Origin: Podarcis vaucheri
Taxonomy: Eukaryota
Reading direction: 5' to 3' (one strand)
Length of the DNA stretch: 64,000 nt
NCBI GenBank assembly: GCA_965113315.1
Contig: OZ220363.1
Shown: positions 42,063-51,335 of the stretch, piece by piece
How the letters are laid out: each line of letters opens with the position of its first letter
Position numbering within the stretch: position 1 is the first letter of the stretch
Notes under the pieces: model-generated
The model's input: the letters and a program-made list of their open reading frames with translations, nothing else
What the model was told of the DNA's origin: nothing
Database searches by the model: none
Made by a program: the position numbers and the translations under genes

Positions 42063-44300
42063 CACTTTAGTTTTAGAGCAGGATGGGAAATCTGTGACTC
42101 TCCAAATGTTTTGGGATCCAACTCACATTTATTATTTTCTTTAAGTTCCTTCAAGGGAAAAGCCTCTCTGCAAAGCTAGGACATGTGCCCCCTTCCACAT
42201 GCTTTCAAAATTGAAATGCCATAGAAAATAGTGTTACATGATCACTTGACATTGTTTCCAAGGACTGTGGGAAATCTGGCTTCATGCTGTCAATGTGCAG
42301 CTTTTTTTCTCTATCCCCTGTACAGCCCACAGAAAGAATCTTATAAGATCGCATAGCACCATTTCCAGGAAGGTTTCTGGGATAGTTTTGAAAGTGTGTG
42401 GCATGTCGCAAACTACTTATGAACCTCCCTCAGCTTCAAAAGTTGTTTGCCATACAAAATATATTAAAGGGAGTGGCAGAATGTAAGGTCAAGAAATAAC
42501 AACAAAACCAAATGTTCTCTTAGATGCACACAGTGATTGATTTTGGATTGGATTGGGATTTAGTGAGAAGAGGTGCATAACTGATAAATGCTCTTTCTTC
42601 TTATATGTTTAAATATGTATTGCAGTGTTGAGAGAAGATGTTGGGAATTGTTGTATAAAATCCTATGGTGTTAAAGATATGTGTTAGAGATATATGTCCT
42701 ATTCCTGCCTGATTTGTAATGGATTGTGTATATATGTGCAAGCTCTTGTGCCTAATCTGGATGTAGTGGAGAGGAAATGACGGGGGGGGGGGGGAGATAA
42801 AAGATCATTGAGGACTCCACTGGGTTTTGGACATGGAAATGACCAACCTGCTCCATCTGCCCAGAAATAATGATAATGTGGACTTCTGAAGGTTCAAACA
42901 GTGACTAATGTAAGCTCCATCATTATGATAGTAGGAGATATTTGGCATACTGCAGAGGAGGACAAAGGTAGAGTTTGACGCTACAGGCTTTATAATTAAA
43001 AGGACATAAGGAATGATTTATTAAGGCCAATGAAATGACAAAGGAAGGGAGGAAATCAGCAGTATAGAAAGTCAAAACAAGGATACAAAGTGTGATAATT
43101 GAACACAATGGAGAGATGATGATGGATCTCCATCTCTTACTGTGTGATAGCATCAAAACCAAGTTGTCCATCAACTTCATCTCATTACCAACCCAATATT
43201 TGAGTTTCCACTTAATATGTTAGGCAAACATAACACTAAACCTATCATTAAAATTACAATGCATGTATAGTTACAGAATTTCTCAGAGACGGATTTAAGG
43301 GAGCACGATCAGTTCGGTCACACTGGGTGCAGAGTCTCAGGGGCACCTCCAGGGACACTACAAGTATTACTTAGAACGGACTGTGAGAGGCAACAATGCG
43401 CACATGCTGAATTTTGGCATTGTGCAGAGTGCTGCTAAAATTTGAGGCTCACCTTGGAGTTCCTCCAAACCCACTAAATTCACTATAAGGAATTCATGGT
43501 TTCCAGATATTTGCGACCCACTAGCCTAGTTAGAGCACTTGAATTCAAAATAATCTAAGCCATCCTCAGGCCTAGAAGTAAATAAGTCAAGGGTCAGGTC
43601 TGTGGCAAGGAGCACCCTAGCTCCATCCTATCATGTAATCAGGGTTCTGAAATGCCAATGAGGGTGTGGTAGGGGCAAGCTGGGGCCCTACTTAGAGGGC
43701 ATTCTTGGTGGCTGCCAGCTGCATTAACTGACCTCTTAGATTATGGTTTTAAGCCAGGCTAGCAACTCCTTCCAACACATCTTGTGTGATCAGCAGCTGG
43801 ATGAGGTTGGGGTTGCTTTAATCTGTCCTGTGCACACCCAGCCACTGAGGAATAACAGCCAATAGTTAATTCTCTATTGACAGAAGTGTGATGAAGTCCT
43901 TATGGAGTCATGTGTTCTGTAACTTGCTGGAACTGTGAGAAGCTGGAACCGCATTGTGATGCATTCACATATTGTACAACAGAGAGGGGGAAAGGAATAT
44001 CCCTAATTTAGCAAGGCCAACTTCAGGAAGTGCCAATTTGAAACCAAAGAAGAATTAGTGAGTTTTATTCAGAAATGTGTTGTTCTGCATGCATCCTGTG
44101 ATGCGCCCTTAAGAACAGAATAGATAGTAATAGTCTGTAGACTCAAAATCCGCTAGCCCCAAAGCTCCAACACAGGGGTTAGCAAAGTTTTTCAGCAGGG
44201 GGCCGGTCCACTGTCCCTCAGACCTTGTGGGGGGCCGGACTATATTTTGGGAAGAAAAAAAAGAACGAATTCCTATGCCCCACAAATAACCAAGAGATGC

Positions 44301-45057
44301 TGTCAGGGGTTCAGGAGCAGAGGCAAGGGCAAGGGAGGAAACAGAGAGCGAGGGGGAGGAGGCAGAAGAAAGGATGAGTGATGACGACGACCCGAGATCT
44401 CCGAGTCTTTCCAGTGAATCAGAAGATTCACAGAAAGGAGCACCAGTGGCCAGGGCAAGGGGGGAGCCTAGGGGGACACCCCAGGAGGAAAGGGCCAGAG
44501 GGGGCTCAGAGGGGAGCAGTTGGAAATCGGGACCAGCGTCACCAACAGAGAGCAGGGGAGAGGAAGGGCGTCAGGTATCAAGCGCAGGCAGCTCACAACA
44601 GGAGGGAGGGCACGAGTCAGGAGTGGCCACACCTCCATCGGGGAGCGAAGAAACGGTCAGACGGAAAGTGGAAGGTTGGGCGCGCGCGCCAAGTTCAAAT
44701 GCACAGGAAGGTGACGCAGTAAGCAGCCCGGAAAGGGAGCCAGGTCCTAAAGCCCGGCGCAAGGAGGCAGGAGGGTCCGGGGGGTCGGCGTCAGAAGAAT
44801 CCAGGAAGGAAGAGACCCCGGGGGGCAGAGGGACCCAGAGAAGAACAGTCAGGCGGAAAAGGTGGAGTAAGGCTAGGATATTAAGTTGGTGTACAAGGGG
44901 CGGAGACTCAGACGGAGCTTCGCCGGTCTAACCCATAAGACGTAGAGTTGCACGCAGCAGCTGGAGAATGGAAACTGTAACTCAATAAAGACTTTTACAA
45001 AGTGATTGCTGGCTAGCGTGATCCTCTGTGAGCTAGGATCTGGAAGCAGCTCTGACA
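44301..45057 (+). mobile_element. Solo LTR (Gypsy- or BEL-like), 757 bp
   Basis: TGTCAG...CTGACA inverted termini; perfect 5-bp TSD GATGC (44296-44300, 45058-45062); AATAAA at 44984-44989; no PBS/PPT or internal sequence. Confidence 0.9.
44302..44931 (+). CDS. Putative LTR(U3)-embedded ORF: acidic S/E/G/R-rich disordered peptide with a basic C-terminal patch
   Basis: 209 uninterrupted codons from LTR base 2 (first ATG at 44374, 185 aa); no recognised domain; the T-poor strand makes long ORFs easier by chance. Confidence 0.35.
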   Translation, partial: VRGSGAEARAREETESEGEEAEERMSDDDDPRSPSLSSESEDSQKGAPVARARGEPRGTPQEERARGGSEGSSWKSGPASPTESRGEEGRQVSSAGSSQQEGGHESGVATPPSGSEETVRRKVEGWARAPSSNAQEGDAVSSPEREPGPKARRKEAGGSGGSASEESRKEETPGGRGTQRRTVRRKRWSKARILSWCTRGGDSDGASPV

Positions 45058-45616
45058 GATGCATTTTAAATAAAAGGGCACATTCTACTCATGTAAAAAC
45101 ATGCTGATTCCTGGACCGTTCATGGGCCAGATTGAGAAGGCGATTGGGCCGGATCCAGCCCCCCGGCCTGAGTTTGCCTATCCAATGCTATGTGCCAGCT
45201 TCTGCTAGTGCACCAGCTTAGCTGAATCTGGCCCCAGGCTGTTTTTTATTTTTTTGTGTTTTAGATATTCAGATATTTCAGAGATATCCTTTGAGTGCCT
45301 ACTCAGAAGTAAGCCCCATTGAACTCAATGCGAATTACTCCCAAGTGTGTATAGGACTGCAGCCTTAAACTACCATTATGTTTATCAATATTGAAAAAGT
45401 GCTAAGCATCATATATACAAGGCCTGCATTTTTTTAAAAAGTTGTAGCTCTTTTCAAGATCTAAAGGAAGTTATAAAGAGATTATGTTTCTACATAGACC
45501 CAAACCTAAGGATTAGCAAGCGAAGACATGAAGTAAAAGAGCGTCTGAAGTAGAAGATCTGAAGGTGGTTCTATGGCCACAAGACATCATCTACTACAGT
45601 CTGTGCTGCATAGGGT

Positions 45617-45638
45617 GTATATATATATATATATATAT
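45617..45638. repeat. (TA)n tract flanking the Penelope 3' end
   Basis: Directly visible. Confidence 0.95.
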
Positions 45639-45722
45639 GCTTTCGTAGATTTTCACGGGTACAGGAATGCAGGTTTTGGTGTCTTCGGGTGTCTTCCCGT
45701 GTAAGAGTCGGGGTGTCTGTGC

Positions 45723-45756
45723 GACGTTTCGACGAGGTCTCACTCGTCATCTTCAG
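45723..45756 (-). ncRNA. Minimal hammerhead ribozyme motif (3' pLTR)
   Basis: CUGAAGA-U-GACGAG(UGAGAC)CUCGUC-GAAAC-GUC. Confidence 0.7.
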
Positions 45757-45990
45757 GCTGGTGCTTTCGGCTTCTTGTTACTGGAACAGAGCAGAGTTTG
45801 GTGTTTGAGTTCCTATAAATACTGTTGAGGGGTGTGGTGTATAGCCTCCAACGTTCTGGGCAGAGAGGAAGTTCCTAGATTAGTGTGCCTTTTCTTCTTT
45901 TGTTCCTTAATTACTTGAGGGATATCTTGGGTGATTTCATGAGTGATATTCTGAATATCACTGGGTGGGTCATTAAGTGTAGATTAGTTG

Positions 45991-47142
45991 CTAAAGCTTT
46001 CGTGTCTTGACCTCTTGAGCTTGTGAAGAGTTTTTCTGAGAAGATGGCTGTGCTGCATTTAGTTGTGCTCTGGCTTGGCTTCGTGTATAGGGGCGAGCTA
46101 TGGTTTTGTGCCTTGTGCCAGCCAGATCTGTGTAGGGATTGCAGGGGGGTGCAGCATCCGGAGGTGCCACTATAGTTTGGCTACTGGATGGAGTCTGTAA
46201 TATGTCTGTGGAGAGGGTCTGGGTTTGGGTCTGGTGTGGTTGATTGGTGACGGCGTTCTGTGTGCCTCTGGTTCTGGTGTCGGTTTTTGTGGGGAGGGCT
46301 AATTTCCAGATGTCTGGCAGGCGGGACGTGTCATCACGCTTGTTCATGTTGTGAGGGTGTTTCTCTATCTCGATGGCTTCCATGATTATTCTCTTGTGGT
46401 GATGTTCCATGTTAAAGAGCAATTTGGAATCTGCAAAATTAATTTCGTGTCCTGTTTCTTTCATGTGTTGGAAAAGAGAGGAAGTTTTTTCTTCTTTTTT
46501 GACGGCATTCTTGTGTTCTGCGATACGTGCATTTATTCGTCTGTTTGTTTGTCCAATGTACGTGGCTGGGCAGACTTTGCAGGGTATTTCATAGACCCCT
46601 TGGTTTTCCAGCTGGATTTTGTCTTTTGGGTTTCTGAGGATATTGGCTATTTTTTGGTTGGTGCAGAAGGCTGTTTTGATATTGTGTTTATGGAGGATTT
46701 TGCTGATTTTGTCTGTAGTGCCCTTGATATAAGGAAGGAGGGCCATGCCATTGTTTTCTTCTGTGTCTTGGTTTTTGGGGGGTGTTTCTTTTTGGATTAG
46801 CTTCGTAACCCTGTTTTTCTGGTATCCATTGGCAATTAACACATTTGAGAGATTCTGTAACTCAGTTGTCAAGTGGTCTTTGTCAGCCAGGCGTTTGGTT
46901 CTGGAGATGAGAGTCTTGGCTACGGAGTTTATTTGTGCAGGGTGGTGGTGTGATTGTGCATGTAAGTAGCGGTTGGTGTGTGTTTTTTTCCGGTAGATAG
47001 TGTGTCCTAGGGAGCCATCAGGTTTTTTGTAGATTAGGACGTCAAGAAAGGGGAGTTGGTTGTTGTCTTCTATTTCCATAGTGAATTGTATTTTGGGGTG
47101 TAGGCTGTTGAGATGTGTGAGGAAGCTATCTAGTTTTTCTTT
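45991..47142 (-). CDS. Penelope-like RT (C-terminal/thumb part) + GIY-YIG endonuclease, 5'-truncated but uninterrupted
   Basis: IQFTME..LPFLDV..YRKKTHTNRYL..SHHH (RT7/thumb), LPYI linker and GVYEIPCKVCPATYIGQT..R..EH..EAIEI..N (GIY-YIG). No Neptune-type extra Cys finger; the YxDD catalytic motif is lost by truncation. Confidence 0.93.
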   Translation of the reverse strand, partial: KEKLDSFLTHLNSLHPKIQFTMEIEDNNQLPFLDVLIYKKPDGSLGHTIYRKKTHTNRYLHAQSHHHPAQINSVAKTLISRTKRLADKDHLTTELQNLSNVLIANGYQKNRVTKLIQKETPPKNQDTEENNGMALLPYIKGTTDKISKILHKHNIKTAFCTNQKIANILRNPKDKIQLENQGVYEIPCKVCPATYIGQTNRRINARIAEHKNAVKKEEKTSSLFQHMKETGHEINFADSKLLFNMEHHHKRIIMEAIEIEKHPHNMNKRDDTSRLPDIWKLALPTKTDTRTRGTQNAVTNQPHQTQTQTLSTDILQTPSSSQTIVAPPDAAPPCNPYTDLAGTRHKTIARPYTRSQARAQLNAAQPSSQKNSSQAQEVKTRKL

Positions 47143-47403
47143 CAAGAGGTCAAGACACGAAAGCTTTAGCAACTAATCTACACTTAATGACCCACCCAGT
47201 GATATTCAGAATATCACTCATGAAATCACCCAAGATATCCCTCAAGTAATTAAGGAACAAAAGAAGAAAAGGCACACTAATCTAGGAACTTCCTCTCTGC
47301 CCAGAACGTTGGAGGCTATACACCACACCCCTCAACAGTATTTATAGGAACTCAAACACCAAACTCTGCTCTGTTCCAGTAACAAGAAGCCGAAAGCACC
47401 AGC

Positions 47404-47437
47404 CTGAAGATGACGAGTGAGACCTCGTCGAAACGTC
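47404..47437 (+). ncRNA. Minimal hammerhead ribozyme motif (inverted pLTR)
   Basis: Identical to 45723-45756 on the opposite strand. Confidence 0.7.
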
Positions 47438-47488
47438 GCACAGACACCCCGACTCTTACACGGGAAGACACCCGAAGACACCAAAACC

Positions 47489-47491
<3 letters not shown>

Positions 47492-47537
<46 letters not shown>
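47492..47537. repeat. (AT)n tract between two Penelope pieces
   Basis: Directly visible. Confidence 0.95.
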
Positions 47538-47539
<2 letters not shown>

Positions 47540-47722
47540 TTTCGTAGATTTTCACGGGTATAGGAATGCAGGTTTTGGTGTCTTCGGGTGTCTTCCCGTG
47601 TAAGAGTTGGGGTGTCTGTGCGACGTTTCGACGAGGTCTCACTCGTCATCCTCAGGCTGGTGTTTTCGGCTTCTTGTTACTGGAACAGAGCAGAGTCTGG
47701 TGTTTGAGTTCCTATAAATACT
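47538..47722 (-). mobile_element. Second, short Penelope 3'-end insertion (185 bp)
   Basis: Collinear with 45639-45823 including the 28-nt tail but with 5 substitutions; followed by an AT run (47723-47738). Confidence 0.92.
47622..47655 (-). ncRNA. Minimal hammerhead ribozyme motif, CUGAGGA variant
   Basis: Same fold; differs only at the variable N7 core position. Confidence 0.68.
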
Positions 47723-48538
47723 ATAAATATATATATATCCCCTCAATTTTGAAATCTCTTTGACCAGGGTATCATAGTAGGGCTAAGCGATTATTTAGAT
47801 GCACTCCAAATTTTGGTGAAGGGAAATGGGGATTAATCCCTACATTGCAGCATATAATTTTGTGCTGGCACTTTAATGTGCATTAAATACATTTCACACA
47901 TGCTATGCTTATTTACTTCTGATAGTCCTTTGAAGCGCACTGGAAAGAACAAGAAATTATTAGCAGGTTGCAGTACAGTAATGGTGAAATGGGAGGTTTC
48001 CTGCAAGTACATTTAATGCCCTACAGATTCTTATTTTATCAACTTGCTTGCAAAGTACACAATCTGAAATTATTCTCCGCCACACCATTTCTTTCAAATC
48101 TCTTTCACACCTGTCTGCTCTTTTGTTTGAGCTTGAAAATGTCCCTGATCATATCATGCTATCTCTGATTTCGCTGTTGTAATTGTAATAGTATGTTTTA
48201 TTTGTAAAAGAAATGTAGCAGGACTGGTGCGGTACCCATAGCCCTTCACGTTTTGTTGGACTCTAAACACTGATCCGGCCCTGCCAGCATGACCAGTGGT
48301 AATGATGGAATGATAGAATCATGGAGCTGGAAAGGATCCCATGGATCATCTGATCCAACTCCCTGCAATGAAGGAAAATGCACCCTTAGGGGATCTGCTG
48401 TAACCAACTGAGCTAACTAATGCATGATGGGAGTGGTAGTCCAACAACATTAAGAGGGCACCAGGTTCCCCATTCCTGCTATGTATAAACACACACACTG
48501 AATGCAAAATATTTCCAGGGTGGGTGCACTATTTAGAC

Positions 48539-48674
48539 CAGGCATCCCCAAACTCGGCCATCCAGCTGTTTTGGGACTACAATTCCCATCATCCCTGACC
48601 ACTGGTCCTGTTAGCTAGGGATGATGGGAGTTGTAGTCCCAAAAGAGCTGGAGGGCTGAGTTTGGGGATGCCTG
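48539..48674. mobile_element. Palindromic hAT (Charlie/URR1-like) MITE, young
   Basis: TIR CAGGCATCCCCAAACTC / GAGTTTGGGGATGCCTG; perfect 8-bp TSD ATTTAGAC (48531-48538, 48675-48682). Confidence 0.93.
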
Positions 48675-49375
48675 ATTTAGACAGTGATATATATTTCTTC
48701 ATTTTCTTCATAATATGATAAGCCTTGCTGTGTTTGAGGGCTCTCCTGCTCATTCTGCTGCAAGGTTCCTTTCCTAACAGCATCACTGAATGTAAAAGTT
48801 ATTGCTTACTTCGCAATTGCTGAAATGGTGAATCATAATATAACCCCAGCCATTTATTTGGGCTTTGGATAAGGTTCACAGGCTGCAATTGTGAAAATAC
48901 ATACTTGAACACCACCTGTGAAATCTAAAGTGATTTGGCCAGCAATGCTCTACCTACTTGCCTGGGAGTAAGTCCCACTAGATTCAGTTGGCCTTACCTC
49001 TGATTAGACAAATATACGATTGCGCTGTCAGGTAACCAGGTTAGTAAAGAAAAAGAAGAACCAAACTTGCTAGTTATGTGGATGTGACCCAGTAGCCTGT
49101 TCTTCAAAATAAAAGCTGAACCCTAAAAAATAAAATAAAATGGTGCCTTGTGCCAGAACGTATCTGCAAAATCTGTTCCTAATCCTAGCACTGAGTCCAA
49201 GAACATCTGAAGAAAAATGCTTCTAGGCATGCATATGTAAAATGCATCTTATTTTGCTTGCTGCTAAGCAATTGCAGTTTATTTCCTACCTGTATACTAG
49301 GGTAGCACTGGCATGGGATTGGTAGGGGGGAAAGCAATGAGGGATTACAGATAATATGTTGCTTTTGATTCCATA

Positions 49376-51335
49376 AAAAGGTAAAGGTAAAGGTACCCCT
49401 GACAGTTAAGTCCAGCCGCAGACAACTCTGGGATTGTGGCGCTCATCTCACTTTACAGGCTGAGGGCGCAGCCGTTTGACCGCACAGTTTTTCCAGGTCA
49501 TGTGGCCAGCATGACTAAGCTGCTTCTGGCACAAAGGAACACCGAAACCAGAGCAGCACACAGAATTGCCGTTTACCTTCCTGCCAGAGTGGTATCTATT
49601 TATCTACTTGCACTTTGACATGCTTTCGAACTGCTAGGTTGGCAGGAGCTGGAGCAACGGGAGCTCACTCCGTCACAGGGATTCGAACCGCTGGCCTTCT
49701 GATCCCAAGGGGCTCAGTGGTTTAGACCAGTGTTTCCCAACCGGTGTTCCGCGGCACACTAGTGTGCCGTGAGACGTTGCCTCGTGTGCCGCGAGATGTT
49801 GCCTGGAGGGAGGCGGGCGAGTCGGGCGGCGAGAGGCGGGGCTGCGGCGGCGAGGAGAGGCCGCGCCTCCTGCTGCTGCCTGGCGCTCCTCCTCGCAGCC
49901 GGCAGCGCTGCCTGGGCGCCTCCGTGCGACTCTGCCTCGCTGGGTTTGGTCTCCCAGCAGAGACGGGTCACACGCGCACCTCCCTCCCTCCCTCAGCCTG
50001 TGCGGAGGGAGAGCCAGAGAGAGGCATCGCTCCTGCGCGGCGGGAGAGGGAGCAGCCGGAGTGATGCCCCAAACGAACGCATGGGACCGGAGGGGAAATC
50101 CTCTCCGAGGAGGATTGAGCGCAGCCGAGAGAAGCCTTTCGAGGAGCTGCCGTGTCCCCTGGAAACCCCCTTCCCAGCTCTGCCTGCCTGCCTGCCGTGG
50201 GGCTCGTATCGCCCTTTAAAGGGCGCGGGAAACTAGAAATGTGGGGACTTGGGGTTTTCCTCAGGCTGAATTCCGAGCCTTTTCACAATCTGGTGGCGGG
50301 AGAGAGGGGAATCAGCTGCGAGGGAGGAAATAAAAGGAGCTGCTTGCCTTTCCTATGGCCAGGCTACACAGCTGCTGTTTGCAGCCCCGTCTGAACGCTG
50401 CCTCGCCAACCCCGTTGATGGTTTCTTAGGCACCCCCCTCCCTCCAAACCTGCTTCGCCCTGGGACGTGCCTATAACTATAACTCGTGGTTCTGATGTCC
50501 CAACGCTCCCACGGGGCACATTTCATTCAGGCGGAGGAGGGGGTCGTTGGCTAACGGCCAACAGGCAGAAAGGACTGTCCAACAATGCGATTATCCACAC
50601 ATACACATCTGATCCATGGATTAACATCAAAATCCTTGCATTAAAGCTCACTCCTAAGGAACCAGTAGGTCATTAGGCTTTCAGATGCACTTTGAACAAA
50701 GAGATGTTCAAAGGGAAAGCTGCTTTTAATAACGCTGCTTTTGCAGGTACTATTGGTCTGGGTCTCATCCAGCATCTTTTCAGTACACCCAGTTAGGATT
50801 CAGCAGTCCAGTTGTACACTCTTGGGTATTCAGCATTAGCTTAAGGCGTGCAATAATCACATGCCCACTTTTGCAGCATCTTCATAGCATCCCAAGTCAC
50901 TCTTGAAATGCTCTCTTTATCATACTCTCCAAGTGTTTACTTGTGTAACACACCCAACCATATCTTGCAGAGAAGCACTTCAGAGAGGGCCAAAACCCCC
51001 CACACTTGGTGCCATTTTCATCTACACATGCAGCAGAGTAAGTTGACCCAGAATAGTACCAATTCAGATGGCAGATGGGAGAATGACAGTGCTGAATGCT
51101 TTCCCATGTAGAACAGTCCCTGCAAATAAAAACCTAGCATATTTGGAAGAGGGATGCTAGCCTAACCATTACCTTCTATGCTGTTACTATTTTTTTTTTT
51201 TTTACATAAGTAAAAAGTGACCTTTCCCCATCTGGCATGGTGGTGTGCCTCGAGATTTTTTTCATGAAACAAGTGTGCCTTTGCCCTAAAAAGGTTGGGA
51301 AACACTGGTTTAGACCACAGCGCCACCCGTGTCCC
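49376..51335 (-). mobile_element. Sauria SINE split by a hAT insertion (pieces 49376-49727 and 51308-51335)
   Basis: SINE body resumes after the insertion (CACAGCGCCACCCGTGTCCC); SINE TSD TTTTGATTCCATA at 49363-49375 and 51336-51348. Confidence 0.92.
49728..51307. mobile_element. Non-autonomous hAT element, 1580 bp, with non-transposase cargo
   Basis: Perfect 15-bp TIR CAGTGTTTCCCAACC / GGTTGGGAAACACTG; perfect 8-bp TSD GTTTAGAC (49720-49727, 51308-51315); repeated GTGTGCC subterminal motifs at both ends; no transposase ORF. Confidence 0.93.

Larger units (their letters stand above)
44173..45187. mobile_element. hAT (Charlie-like) MITE interrupted by a solo LTR
   Basis: CAGGGGTTAGCAAA left end, TTTGCCTATCCAATG right end and GGGCCGG subterminal motifs; halves 44173-44300 and 45058-45187 rejoin at GATGC. 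Confidence 0.75.
45639..47493 (-). mobile_element. Penelope-like retroelement (Penelope/Poseidon clade), 5'-truncated, with inverted pLTR
   Basis: RT C-terminus + GIY-YIG ORF; 45667-46018 is repeated in inverted orientation at 47142-47493; 28-nt unpaired tail 45639-45666; flanked by (TA)n on both sides. Confidence 0.95.

Noticed and set aside
46351-46969. Plus-strand hydrophobic ORFs
   Set aside because: Antisense shadows of the A-rich Penelope ORF
47143-47172. Apparent N-terminus MLKLSCLDLL of the 393-aa ORF
   Set aside because: TTG start inside the inverted pLTR; not homologous to RT and an artefact of the truncation junction
47332-47649. ORFs with IYIYIY runs
   Set aside because: Read-through of pLTR copies and the (AT)n tract
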